Virus record (IMG/VR): IMGVR_UViG_3300045988_011306
Span: 1-23,150 of that record
Reading direction: 5' to 3' (one strand)
DNA from: a virus
DNA: 23,150 bases
Made by a program: the position numbers and the translations under genes. The notes beneath the pieces are model-generated. The model was not told the origin of the DNA. It saw only the letters and a program-made list of their open reading frames with translations, and ran no database searches. Positions 12,344-21,724 of this stretch are shown one piece after another. Numbering within the stretch: position 1 is the first letter of the stretch; the number at the start of each line of letters is the position of its first letter.

Positions 12344-13216
12344 CTATAAACCTAAATACCTTTCATTGTAATAAACCGTACAAGCTAGGTTCGTATCTCC
12401 ATTGTCTGCCGTATACCCTATGATATTTTCTCCTAGTTGAATCGTCATATCGTTGAATGATGATGTTCTGTCAACCTTTCCGATACAATTTACACCATTC
12501 TTTTTAATCGAAATAGGCTCAGAAACTAAATCAATTTCTAACACATCACCATTGTGTAGCGTATCTAATACACGAATATATTTATCTTTGTTGAATAATT
12601 CCGGATTTGTAACATCTCCGAACGCTTCAATAACGGCTCTACAGTATGTTTCTGTATCACCTTGATTATCGATATAGATTTCTCTAGCAAATGTAAATGT
12701 TCCAAAGTTCACGCCTGTTTCAGGTATTTCAAAGTTGAACGCTAAACCTTCTCCAATTTCTGCGATATTCCTTGCGAAATCATCATATGAAAGCAATAAA
12801 GGTTGTGTGCATAGAATCGTAAAGTTAAGCTCTAAATCCTTGTAGATGTTAGCAGTAGGCAAGCTATACGCATATAAACGACCTCTGCAATATTTCTTTT
12901 CTCCCATGTACTCAACTATCACATCAAATATATGAGAATATTGGAAGAAGCGTCGTAGCTTCTCCCTTTCTTCTCTTTTTTCTTCTAGCGAGCCTTTAAA
13001 GGTAGCTTTCACGCTTCTTTCTTTCGTTGGAATACGTGAGCCGATTAATCTAGCACCATTTCCGAATGCGTTGTCTTGAGCCGTATATGAAGGTGCTACA
13101 TAATCAAATCCATCTAATCCACTACTTGAAGGAATCCTCCATCTTTTTTGGTTGTCGATTTCAAATTCTTTGCCATCATCCCTACGGACAATAACTCTTA
13201 CTTTATTGATATCTAT
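12344..13216 (-). CDS. Distal tail protein (Dit, phage tail family)
   Basis: It lies directly after the tape measure gene. The frame stays open for 67 codons upstream of the track's GTG with no canonical start. ATA at 13216 lies 9 nt after GGAGG and overlaps the TMP stop as ATAG. Confidence 0.7.
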   Translation of the reverse strand: MDINKVRVIVRRDDGKEFEIDNQKRWRIPSSSGLDGFDYVAPSYTAQDNAFGNGARLIGSRIPTKERSVKATFKGSLEEKREEREKLRRFFQYSHIFDVIVEYMGEKKYCRGRLYAYSLPTANIYKDLELNFTILCTQPLLLSYDDFARNIAEIGEGLAFNFEIPETGVNFGTFTFAREIYIDNQGDTETYCRAVIEAFGDVTNPELFNKDKYIRVLDTLHNGDVLEIDLVSEPISIKKNGVNCIGKVDRTSSFNDMTIQLGENIIGYTADNGDTNLACTVYYNERYLGL

Positions 13217-15792
13217 TGAATTACACCTCCATATCCATATCTTGCTTGCATACGTAACATTCTAGCGATTTCATCAGGACTTTGAGCTTTATTATAGAAG
13301 TTGATAGTCTGTCCGTTGTTATTCGTTGTTACGCTTGGTATGATTTGAGCCATATCTTTAGCAACGGCACGAATCCAAGCTTTATTTCTTTCTAATGGAA
13401 CGACTGCTTCTGCTCCGTTACCTTCTAGCAAACCGATTTGGCCACGTTTCAATACACCACCACGTTCTAGCTTTGGAATCTTTCCAATGTGTACACCGGG
13501 AATCTTATTGATGATTCCGATTGCGCCGTTAATACCTCCTATAACGCCATTTACAAAGCCTTTTACGCTTCCAACTAACGATTGTACTGCTCCTTCAATT
13601 CCACCAAATACACCACCTACAAAGTCTTTTAAACCGTTCCATGAGTTTTGTATTCCTTGTAGAACGTTTGAAATCTTTTCGCCTACTTTGCCCATGATAT
13701 CTTTAACTTTAGACCAAATACCGTTGAATACATCCGAAACGGTATCCTTAACATTATTGAAATATTTATTGATATTATCTATCACACCTTGAACCTTGTC
13801 TCTTACCTTGTTCATAGCGTCTTGTATCTTACTCCAAATGTTTCCTACTACATCCGAAACTGTCTTAAATACATTGCTTACGAATTCAATAATCGCAGTA
13901 ACTACTTCGCTAATCTTACTCCAAATATTTGTTGCTACTGTTAGGATAACTGACCAAATATTCGCTACGATTGTAGCTACGACTTGAACAATAGGCATGA
14001 TAAATCCTAGTATTGTTGAAATTGCAGTACCTACAATAGAAATTACTGTGCTAATAAATGATATAATACCACTTATAACACTTCCGACAACTTGAAGGAT
14101 AGATGTTATTACAGGAATCATTCCAACTACCGTTTGAATAATCATCTTAATAATTGCTAGAATCGGTGGGCCTACAACGCTAAGAATCTTTTGAGCTTGA
14201 TTCACAATATTTTGAATCACTTCAATAATCTTGCTTAATATATCCTTTGCAATAGGCTCAAGAGCAGTTTTCATCTGCTCAATCGCACCTTTTACCTTGT
14301 CAAAAGCAGGAGCTAACACATCTGAAACTTGGCTAACGATATTGGTTATACCGCTTGTATCAATACTTCCGAATACATTTGAAATGACATCACCAACTTT
14401 AGCGAATCCTTGTTGAATGCCTTGAATTGCTACTGTAATAAATCCAATGATACCGGAAAGAATAGGAATAATTGCTTCGCCTATTGGAGTAAATGAATCA
14501 AGAAATGTACGGCCTAATTCACTTAAAGCGTTCTTTAGACCACCATTTGCAATTTCTTTGACTTTATCCATTGCTCCTTCTACATCTTTATATTTATTTC
14601 CTACTGTCGTTAAGGACTGAATGAATCCTGCGTTGAAATCTTCTCCCATTGTACCGAAAGCCGTTGCCGATTTATTCAACTTTTCTTGCTCGTTTGTAGT
14701 GTTTGAAATATCTTCTACAATCGCATTCACAACATCTTTCTGAGTTGCTCTTCCCTCTTGCCAAGCTTTAAAGACATCTTGCGTCTTGGAACTGAAACTA
14801 TCTAAAGCTCCTTCAATCGTTCCATCAACTAACCTTGTGGTAACTTCGTTGATTGCGTCGTTTACTTTATCAAGGTTGTAAGCTCCACCATCTAAGCCAT
14901 TCTGCATTAATTGGAAATATTCATCTGCAGAATATCCTGCTTGTGCGAATTTACCGGAGTATTCTGAAATGTTGTCGCCTAATTCATCTGATTTATTCAA
15001 ACCGTTCTGAGCACCTGTTGCCATTAGGTCAAAAGCTTCTTGAGAAGTAATGCCGAACTGCTTCATCAACTGTTGAGCACCTCTTAATGTTTCGTTCTCG
15101 TCCATGCCGAATGCGTCTCTTAATGTCAATAAATCCTCGGTCACGTTCTTTAGGTCAACATCACTTATGCCTTGCATTTGTTGCTTGACACGGCCCATCA
15201 TGTCGGCTACATCTGCAATATCTTCACCGAAATTGTTTGACCAAACTTCACGAGCAATGTCTTTAAACTTGCTCATTTCTTTACTTGAAGCACCTGTTTG
15301 AGCTTGGAAATTAGCCATAGCGTCATCTAGCTCTGTAGCTTGATTTACACCTGTCTTAATCGCTAGTGCCATACCACCGATAGCTCCTGCTACGGCAGTA
15401 ACGCCTACAACACCCCCTATGCCTAATCCTGTTAGTGTATCAGTGATTGTAGTTGCTTCCGGACTAATATTCTGAATCTTATCTAATAAGCCATCAAATC
15501 CACCTTGAATTGAATCTAAGGCACTGCTACCAACCTTTTTAAATACATCAAACTTTGAACCTGTTTCTTGTGTTTCTGCTTGTGTATTCTTTTGCTCTTC
15601 GTTTAAATCCTTAAGTTTATCTTTAATCTTTGGTGGTGCTTTTGAACCGTCAGAGCCTAATTTGTCGATTGCTTTTGAAGTATCTTTAATTGCATTTGTA
15701 GCTTCACTTGATACGACCTTTACAGATTTAATACCATTCTCTAGACCGCTTGTATCTAGCTTTGTCTCAAACTTTAAAATTCCGTCTGATAT
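13213..15792 (-). CDS. Tail tape measure protein (about 859 aa)
   Basis: Long helical protein with hydrophobic central repeats and repeated ...NIWSKI / GIWSKV units. The frame is open for 140 codons upstream of the first ATG (SDGILKFETKLDTSGLENGIK...). ATA at 15792 lies 11 nt after GGAGG. Confidence 0.85.
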   Translation of the reverse strand: MSDGILKFETKLDTSGLENGIKSVKVVSSEATNAIKDTSKAIDKLGSDGSKAPPKIKDKLKDLNEEQKNTQAETQETGSKFDVFKKVGSSALDSIQGGFDGLLDKIQNISPEATTITDTLTGLGIGGVVGVTAVAGAIGGMALAIKTGVNQATELDDAMANFQAQTGASSKEMSKFKDIAREVWSNNFGEDIADVADMMGRVKQQMQGISDVDLKNVTEDLLTLRDAFGMDENETLRGAQQLMKQFGITSQEAFDLMATGAQNGLNKSDELGDNISEYSGKFAQAGYSADEYFQLMQNGLDGGAYNLDKVNDAINEVTTRLVDGTIEGALDSFSSKTQDVFKAWQEGRATQKDVVNAIVEDISNTTNEQEKLNKSATAFGTMGEDFNAGFIQSLTTVGNKYKDVEGAMDKVKEIANGGLKNALSELGRTFLDSFTPIGEAIIPILSGIIGFITVAIQGIQQGFAKVGDVISNVFGSIDTSGITNIVSQVSDVLAPAFDKVKGAIEQMKTALEPIAKDILSKIIEVIQNIVNQAQKILSVVGPPILAIIKMIIQTVVGMIPVITSILQVVGSVISGIISFISTVISIVGTAISTILGFIMPIVQVVATIVANIWSVILTVATNIWSKISEVVTAIIEFVSNVFKTVSDVVGNIWSKIQDAMNKVRDKVQGVIDNINKYFNNVKDTVSDVFNGIWSKVKDIMGKVGEKISNVLQGIQNSWNGLKDFVGGVFGGIEGAVQSLVGSVKGFVNGVIGGINGAIGIINKIPGVHIGKIPKLERGGVLKRGQIGLLEGNGAEAVVPLERNKAWIRAVAKDMAQIIPSVTTNNNGQTINFYNKAQSPDEIARMLRMQARYGYGGVIQ

Positions 15793-15812
15793 TCAATTTG
15801 CCACCTCCTTTT

Positions 15813-16376
15813 CTAAACATCAAAATATGAATCGAATTCATCTTTCATTTCTTGTTCCTCTATTGTTAACTCGATTGGGAAAGACCACGCTTCTTTTGCT
15901 CTTTGATATGCTTTATCCTGTGTATCATTCTTTGAAGGCTTTTCGTAGCCTCTAACGCTCTTTGCATATCCCCATAAAGTTGTATCACCAACTATATTAT
16001 TGGCTAGTGCTAAGAACTTATGCCAATGCATATCACATTCAGTTAAATCAATGCCGTAAAGTTGCATAAACGCCGAATAAATATATTCCCCATCTTGTAC
16101 ATAATCCAATGTCTTAACGCCAGTAGAATCACTTCTAGGCGTACTAGAAGGGTTATATAGGAATCGTTCTAGCTCTTTTAAAATATGCTCATCTATAATA
16201 GGTAGCTCATCTGCAAATAGATAAGAGCAATCTATTTCATCAATGATATGATTGTTAAATCTTTCTAATTCTTCATAGAATCTTATCCACAACCGAAAAT
16301 CTGTATTTAATAAAATAGGCTCGCCATCTAGCGACTGTATGCTATTTGGCAAGCCTTTTATTCGTAAATCAATCAT
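15813..16376 (-). CDS. Gp15-like tail assembly protein (upstream of the TMP)
   Basis: Supported by position and by the N-terminus ILLNTDFRLWIRFYE. The ATG overlaps the upstream stop (ATGA). Confidence 0.55.
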   Translation of the reverse strand: MIDLRIKGLPNSIQSLDGEPILLNTDFRLWIRFYEELERFNNHIIDEIDCSYLFADELPIIDEHILKELERFLYNPSSTPRSDSTGVKTLDYVQDGEYIYSAFMQLYGIDLTECDMHWHKFLALANNIVGDTTLWGYAKSVRGYEKPSKNDTQDKAYQRAKEAWSFPIELTIEEQEMKDEFDSYFDV

Positions 16377-16735
16377 TTCTTCTCCGAAATGCTAGAAACA
16401 GTCTTGCTTGCGTCAAGAAATTGTTTCATTCCATTTGTACCGAATGTTGCTTTTAATTTCTTTTCCAACTGTTCAACCGTTTTCCTTGAATATTCATCAT
16501 CAATCAAATTGACAATATACAATACTTCCATCAAATCAACTTGTTCAAAGTCTGCACTTCCTAACATGGATTCAATTTGTTCATCTGTTAATACTGTTTT
16601 CAGATACTCGAATTTAGCTCGATATGCTTCTTCATGCGTAGAATGAAATGCGTTACAAGCGTCCTCCGCTTTTAATACTTCTAGTGTTTTAGGTGGAATG
16701 TCATACTGTTTCCCTTCATACGTGATTCTATTCAT
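16373..16735 (-). CDS. Tail assembly chaperone (gpG position)
   Basis: Small acidic protein between the major tail and Gp15-like/TMP genes. ATG has an AAGAGG SD. Confidence 0.55.
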   Translation of the reverse strand: MNRITYEGKQYDIPPKTLEVLKAEDACNAFHSTHEEAYRAKFEYLKTVLTDEQIESMLGSADFEQVDLMEVLYIVNLIDDEYSRKTVEQLEKKLKATFGTNGMKQFLDASKTVSSISEKK

Positions 16736-16752
16736 GATTTACCTCTTCTTTC

Positions 16753-17259
16753 TTATGCTCCTAATGTACCTTCTTCAAATGTTACTGTTCCATTAGATAC
16801 CTTTGCAGTGCCGACACGAATATCGCTTGCAAAGTTAATGTTGAAGTTGATTTTTGAATCGACACCGCTTAACGTGTCAAAGATTAATTTAGCGTCAACT
16901 TCCCACGCTTTATATCCTGTTGTTTTATCTCCGTCAAACATGAATACAAGTAAGGCTTTTGTATTTACTTCTTCGTTGTTTGGTACGGATTTCATCATTT
17001 GTTCGTAAATATATTCAAAGTCATCTTCGCCCTTAATCATTGTTAAATCTTGCGAAATCTGAGGTGAATAACTCTTTAATGATTCGGTTGGGTTCTTATC
17101 TGCGATAAAGTCATACGTTTCAGTTTCACTGTTAAAAGAAATATCTAAAGTTGTTGATTTCTTAACTCGTTTATAACCTTCTCCCATTTGTAAGAACAAG
17201 CCAATCATATACTTCTTGACTGTCTGTCCTGTAGTTACTTCAGTTCCTGTAGTTGCTAT
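16753..17259 (-). CDS. Major tail (tube) protein
   Basis: Supported by position and size. ATA at 17259 lies 8 nt after AAAGGAG and overlaps the upstream TAA (TAATA), adding ATTGTEVTTGQTVKKY. The internal ATG at 17208 has no SD. Confidence 0.65.
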   Translation of the reverse strand: MATTGTEVTTGQTVKKYMIGLFLQMGEGYKRVKKSTTLDISFNSETETYDFIADKNPTESLKSYSPQISQDLTMIKGEDDFEYIYEQMMKSVPNNEEVNTKALLVFMFDGDKTTGYKAWEVDAKLIFDTLSGVDSKINFNINFASDIRVGTAKVSNGTVTFEEGTLGA

Positions 17260-17678
17260 TAATTAAGCTCCTTTCTGTATTTGATTTGAATAGTCAATGC
17301 ATATACTGCTTGATTATCCTCATTTGTGTATAGATATAAACCACTTGAAACGGAAACATCATCACAATATCTGTTTCCGTCTAGTTGTGGTAATTCTCCG
17401 CTTAAATTCTTTTCGTCAATCCAATTTTCTAATTCTTCTAGAAAAACATTGTTATCTTGTCTTTCTGATTCAATTTGTGTATTCCTACGAGCTAGAAACG
17501 TGTAGTATTCCGTACGCATTTGAGAGCCGTCAATGTATGTATCTACAATTGCGTTAGGTTCTTTATACAACGCATAAGATATAGCTTGTTGCGCTAAAAC
17601 ATCCGTTTCAATACGTTCATCTATCTGTATATTTCCATAGCCATATAGCCATTGAATCAACGCTTTTGATACTGTCAT
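17259..17678 (-). CDS. Head-tail joining / tail terminator-type protein
   Basis: Position between the gp10-like and major tail genes. ATG overlaps the upstream TGA. Confidence 0.5.
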   Translation of the reverse strand: MTVSKALIQWLYGYGNIQIDERIETDVLAQQAISYALYKEPNAIVDTYIDGSQMRTEYYTFLARRNTQIESERQDNNVFLEELENWIDEKNLSGELPQLDGNRYCDDVSVSSGLYLYTNEDNQAVYALTIQIKYRKELN

Positions 17679-18037
17679 TCTCCGTCTCCTATCATTTGTT
17701 GTGCTTTCTTCAAGATTGCTTCAGCTCCACCATTTCGCATAGCTTTATCGAACCAATGGTCTACTTTACCACCAACGAATTCAACTTCCTCTTTGTTGTA
17801 ATACCAACGTCTTGCGTATGGTGCACTTGGTCCACCTTGCTTTACTAATCCACTACCAATTTGTGTCATTCTGTATGCAGACCTTGCTAAAGGACCGTTC
17901 CTATACGGAACATAAGGTGTCATAAGGTCAATAACTTCGGTATCAATCATTTTTTGTACACGTCCACGTTCTTCAAGTCCTCTTGATTGTTTAATTTGGG
18001 GGATTGATTCAACATCAAGTTTGACTTTCATTACTAT
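17675..18037 (-). CDS. HK97 gp10-like tail completion protein
   Basis: PYVPYRNGPLARSA ... APYARRWYY is gp10-family-like. The start is ATA at 18037 (10 nt after GGAGG, ATAG overlap) or ATG at 18031 (16 nt after). Confidence 0.55.
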   Translation of the reverse strand: MVMKVKLDVESIPQIKQSRGLEERGRVQKMIDTEVIDLMTPYVPYRNGPLARSAYRMTQIGSGLVKQGGPSAPYARRWYYNKEEVEFVGGKVDHWFDKAMRNGGAEAILKKAQQMIGDGE

Positions 18038-18465
18038 TGACCGACGACCTCCCAATGCTTCAACATATCGACATTTGTACAATCTGTTACGCTTTGAATT
18101 GTTGTCCATTTATATTTCTTTTTAGCTTCGTTTATTGCCTTGATTGTATACAAATCTTCTTTGACCTCTCCAAAGAATACGAAATCTGTCTTATCTGTGT
18201 TTAATGTGAAGTGCTTTTTCTTTTCATCATTTGAAAGCTTTGCATATGCGTAAGGTTCAACATATCCATCACGATATAGAATGGTAATATTTGTGGATGT
18301 GGCTATGCTCATAATATTACCGTTTGCAGTTCTAACCGTTGATTGTCTCCACATACATTTATCAAGGATAGAAGCTTGAAACTTATCTTCTCTTGTCAAT
18401 GTGTCATAGTAGTGATTTACAAGTGTGATTGAATCTTCAAAGAATCCTATCATAATGCAATCCAT
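18034..18465 (-). CDS. Head closure / minor capsid-type head-tail protein
   Basis: Position. ATG at 18465 or 18453; the longer track start overlaps the upstream gene. Confidence 0.5.
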   Translation of the reverse strand: MDCIMIGFFEDSITLVNHYYDTLTREDKFQASILDKCMWRQSTVRTANGNIMSIATSTNITILYRDGYVEPYAYAKLSNDEKKKHFTLNTDKTDFVFFGEVKEDLYTIKAINEAKKKYKWTTIQSVTDCTNVDMLKHWEVVGQ

Positions 18466-18797
18466 CTTTCTTTCATTAAATCTGTATCTCCTAACCAAAA
18501 GGCTATGATATCCTCAATTGTGTTCCTTTTGTCTGAGTGTGTAGTGTTTATAAAGCTTTTAGAATATCCACCATTTGAAATACTTGATACACCATCAATC
18601 GAATCTTGAAAGATTACATTGTTTAATACATCACAGATACAATCTTTTAAAGTATCTTCGTTTTGTTCATTAATAGAATCAACATTCACATACTTCAATA
18701 CCATTGCTTCCGCTTTGTAAGAATACTGATTGAATTGATTTTCATCGAATTTAGGAAAATGGGAATTGTAATATTCCCAATCTAAAATGTTGTTCAT
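18450..18797 (-). CDS. Head-tail connector-type protein
   Basis: First gene after the capsid gene. ATG has an AAAGGGGG SD. Confidence 0.45.
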   Translation of the reverse strand: MNNILDWEYYNSHFPKFDENQFNQYSYKAEAMVLKYVNVDSINEQNEDTLKDCICDVLNNVIFQDSIDGVSSISNGGYSKSFINTTHSDKRNTIEDIIAFWLGDTDLMKERWIAL

Positions 18798-18817
18798 TTT
18801 ACAACCCCCTTTTTATG

Positions 18818-18922
18818 CTATTTTTCTTTTTGAGGTTTAGCTTCCTCTTTTTTTGTTTGAGGTTTACCTTTTTTAGTCTTTTCAACTTTAGAAGGATAAC
18901 CCCATCCGATTTCTACTGCCAT
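18818..18922 (-). CDS. Possible 34-aa Lys-rich peptide (MAVEIGWGYPSKVEKTKKGKPQTKKEEAKPQKEK)
   Basis: ATG overlaps the capsid stop as TAATG. It fills an otherwise non-coding gap. The SD is weak. Confidence 0.25.
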   Translation of the reverse strand: MAVEIGWGYPSKVEKTKKGKPQTKKEEAKPQKEK

Positions 18923-19791
18923 TACTTCGCACTAGCAGATAAGTAGATACCTGCTACCTTATTTTGGTATACATCAACAATTCCATACTTACGATATTTT
19001 AGTACATCTGAATCTGATTCAATGTTATTGCTTGCAGGAATTACATCTGAAACGGTGTGTTTATCCCATTTCATAACTGCAGGTTTATGAACAATTAAGA
19101 AATTGATTACGTGGCCATCTGTTGCTTTTTGGTATCCGCCGTCTAATTCTGTTTCTTTTCCGCTCAACAATTTAATCTTTGTATAGAAACGTGTTGCAGG
19201 TACAGGAACAACTTTCGCAAAACCTTGTAAGGCTTCACGAGATTTGTTTGTATCCAAAGCCTTAACGCTATTTAACAACGTAGGTGTTGAATACAAGATA
19301 CGTTGTTCGGAAGGAACTTCGTCCTCATCCATTTTAGTGGTTGCTTTTAATAACGCACTCAAGAAAGCTTCTGCACTTTCATAGTCTTCTGAAACTTTTG
19401 AGATTCCTGTTGTGCCGGCAATCTTAGCAAATGTGTAAGCGTCTGCTTCCGGTGCTACCTTAGTACGCATTAATTCTGCTCCTGCCATACCGAATGCAAT
19501 ATTCATTGATTCTGCATTGTCTTGTGTATCAACTGCAATCTTTGTCCCTCTGTCATAGTCAAATGTAGCAGTTTTCCATTCTAATTTAACTGAATTTGAT
19601 GTGTAACCACCGTTTCTATCATAGTCTCCTAAACCTTTAACAGAAATCTGTGGATAGATGATTTCTTTTGCGTTCGCTCCTGCTCTAACCATTGTAGCAT
19701 CTACGTTTAAATCACCTGTAACTGAAGCTAATTTGTATACCTCATCTAGATTTGAGACATACGATTTAGCTAATGCAATTTGATTTGGTAT
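18922..19791 (-). CDS. Major capsid protein (289 aa with the proposed ATA start)
   Basis: It follows the scaffold gene. GANAKEIIYPQISVKGLGDYDRNGGY is typical of this capsid family. The frame is open for 33 codons upstream of the first ATG. ATA at 19791 lies 9 nt after GGAGG. Confidence 0.8.
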   Translation of the reverse strand: MPNQIALAKSYVSNLDEVYKLASVTGDLNVDATMVRAGANAKEIIYPQISVKGLGDYDRNGGYTSNSVKLEWKTATFDYDRGTKIAVDTQDNAESMNIAFGMAGAELMRTKVAPEADAYTFAKIAGTTGISKVSEDYESAEAFLSALLKATTKMDEDEVPSEQRILYSTPTLLNSVKALDTNKSREALQGFAKVVPVPATRFYTKIKLLSGKETELDGGYQKATDGHVINFLIVHKPAVMKWDKHTVSDVIPASNNIESDSDVLKYRKYGIVDVYQNKVAGIYLSASAK

Positions 19792-19805
19792 TAATTAAAT
19801 CCTCC

Positions 19806-20390
19806 TTATTTCTTTTCTGTAGCTAAACCCATCGCTTGTCGTAGCAATAAATCTTCGGCATTTGGGTTTGCTCCTTTCCCACTGCTTCCAACGATGTTTC
19901 CTGTTGCAGTAGGTTCTTTCTGCTCTTCTTCAAACAAGATTGGCTTATTTTCTTTCAATTTTTTGAAAGCTTTGTCAATATCATTTGTTTGGTCTTTTGA
20001 ATTTAGTAAATCATCATAGTTGATTTGTGATTTTGCTAAATCGAAATCTTTACATCCGTATTCTTTAGCTTTAGCACTTAATACAGAATCAAGATTCATT
20101 TTGCTAATCTGAGTTTCGTAGTTTGTCTTTTGCGTGTCAATATCATTCGTCAATGTATTGATTTTATTTTTCAATTCTTCTACATCAACTCCATCATAGC
20201 TTTTCTTGAAATCATCAAACTTTGTTTGAATTTCCTTTGCGTTGTTCTCTGCTAAAGATAGCTTTTCTTTTTGCTTGTCGAACTCTGCAATCGTCTTATA
20301 GTTCTCATTCACTAGCTTTGTGATTGAGCCTTCTTGCTCTTTGGTTAATTCAATGTTTGATTCTTTTAAAATTTCAATAATGTTTTTCAT
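19806..20390 (-). CDS. Scaffolding protein (GP20-like)
   Basis: Acidic coiled-coil protein immediately upstream of the capsid gene. The N-terminus IIEILKESNIELTKEQ is typical. Confidence 0.7.
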   Translation of the reverse strand: MKNIIEILKESNIELTKEQEGSITKLVNENYKTIAEFDKQKEKLSLAENNAKEIQTKFDDFKKSYDGVDVEELKNKINTLTNDIDTQKTNYETQISKMNLDSVLSAKAKEYGCKDFDLAKSQINYDDLLNSKDQTNDIDKAFKKLKENKPILFEEEQKEPTATGNIVGSSGKGANPNAEDLLLRQAMGLATEKK

Positions 20391-20486
20391 GCGCCCTCCT
20401 AAAGTATTTTATAAACCGAATCTTCTTCGGTATGGTTTTGGCTAACTATATTTTATCTTGAATAATAGCTCACAATGTGAGCGTTT

Positions 20487-21668
20487 TTAGCCGATTCTAA
20501 GCCTATCGTTGTGAACCCTGTCTCCCATTTCAGAACTGAAAGCTTTATACGTTGCATTTGCGTGTTTTAGCTTAATTTTGGTTTCTGTACTGCTTAATCC
20601 TTGATTGCCCAATAAGATTATTTCCCTTTTCAACGCTCTGATATTTCTTTCTAGTTCTCTTTGATATTGTCTAGCACCATATCCTTCATATTCTTTTCCT
20701 TGGAATGTGAAAGGCTTTGTGTCAATATTCTTTAACTGCTCTTTTGTGTATGCATACGGCATATCCACATCCCAAACAGGTTGAGCAAAATGTCTACATC
20801 CATAGTCTTTTTCTTCTCCATGTGTTAATTCATACAAGCTAGGATATAACTTCCCTTGCGTGTCGTAGCGTTTCCCTTGCCACTTCTTATGGCTTGGTCT
20901 TGCGTTTGCGTGAGCGTCAAACTCAAATACAGTAACCCCCATATCCTTTGCACATTTATTGTTAATTTCTTGTGATGATTCTTTTTCTGCGTACTGCATT
21001 TGTTGCCTTACCCATACATCAACATTTCTTTTAACGCCTGTATCATATTCAATGATTTTCACTCCACTATCTGCTAATTTTGAGATAGCTTTTCTACAAG
21101 AATCATCAATTGTGCATTTACCACCTACTACATTTTTAACTTCTTCTTGAACTACCTTTGTAAAGAATACCGGTAATTTATCTTTACCGATTGCATATGT
21201 ATTCGCACTTGTCTTAATGTATTTCTTCCAACGCTTTGCAGTGTCATTTTGTGGACTGATATATAAATCTATCTTGAGCTTATTTTTGATAGGTTTACCA
21301 CTTGCTTCTTCGATTAAATCAAGTGTTCCTTGTTTATTTTCTTCAAAATCTTTTTTAGAATCCTTAATTACATCTTTTTTTAGGATTTTTGATTCTTTTT
21401 TTGTGAATTTACGCAAATCTACGAGTGATTTTGCCAATATCTCATTAAATTTCGCATTTTCTTCGGTGGCTTTTTCTAAAACTTCACGAATTTTATTTGA
21501 AATAAATATCATCATTCCTAATTCAAATACACTAGCACGCTTTACGCTTTTTCTTTCTCTTTCTTCAAGTTTCCTTCTTTTTTCAATTTGCTTTTGAATA
21601 CGTTCTTGCTTCCTTTCTTCTTGCCTTTTTTTACGCTCTTGTTCCCTTTGTTCTTCTTCACTTAACAT
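20487..21668 (-). CDS. Head morphogenesis / minor capsid protein (SPP1 gp7 / Mu F-like)
   Basis: HANARPSHKKWQGKRY and YGARQYQRELERNIRALKREI match motifs of this family. The N-terminus is an E/K/R-rich low-complexity stretch. Confidence 0.7.
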   Translation of the reverse strand: MLSEEEQREQERKKRQEERKQERIQKQIEKRRKLEERERKSVKRASVFELGMMIFISNKIREVLEKATEENAKFNEILAKSLVDLRKFTKKESKILKKDVIKDSKKDFEENKQGTLDLIEEASGKPIKNKLKIDLYISPQNDTAKRWKKYIKTSANTYAIGKDKLPVFFTKVVQEEVKNVVGGKCTIDDSCRKAISKLADSGVKIIEYDTGVKRNVDVWVRQQMQYAEKESSQEINNKCAKDMGVTVFEFDAHANARPSHKKWQGKRYDTQGKLYPSLYELTHGEEKDYGCRHFAQPVWDVDMPYAYTKEQLKNIDTKPFTFQGKEYEGYGARQYQRELERNIRALKREIILLGNQGLSSTETKIKLKHANATYKAFSSEMGDRVHNDRLRIG

Positions 21669-21685
21669 TTATATGCCCTCCTACA

Positions 21686-21709
21686 TAAAAAGGGCTTAAA
21701 TGCCCTTTA
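21686..21709 (-). terminator. Hairpin / weak intrinsic terminator between the XkdX-like gene and the head genes
   Basis: Minus strand reads AAAGGGC-ATTTAA-GCCCTTT, continuing into TTAT. The head-gene SD follows immediately. Confidence 0.5.
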
Positions 21710-21724
21710 AAACGCTTTTAAAGC

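Noticed and set aside
15766-15796. TTG at 15796 (7 nt after GGAGG) as the tape-measure start, followed by a programmed +1 frameshift
   Set aside because: That frame terminates after 9 codons and I could find no recognisable slippery or shifty site. The in-frame ATA explanation fits the same pattern seen at several other genes. A one-base assembly error cannot be excluded.
16360-16400. Canonical gpG/gpGT -1 frameshift between the two genes upstream of the tape measure
   Set aside because: The second gene has its own ATG in an ATGA overlap, and no X-XXY-YYZ heptamer is visible near the junction. The arrangement looks like a chaperone plus a separate Gp15-type protein.
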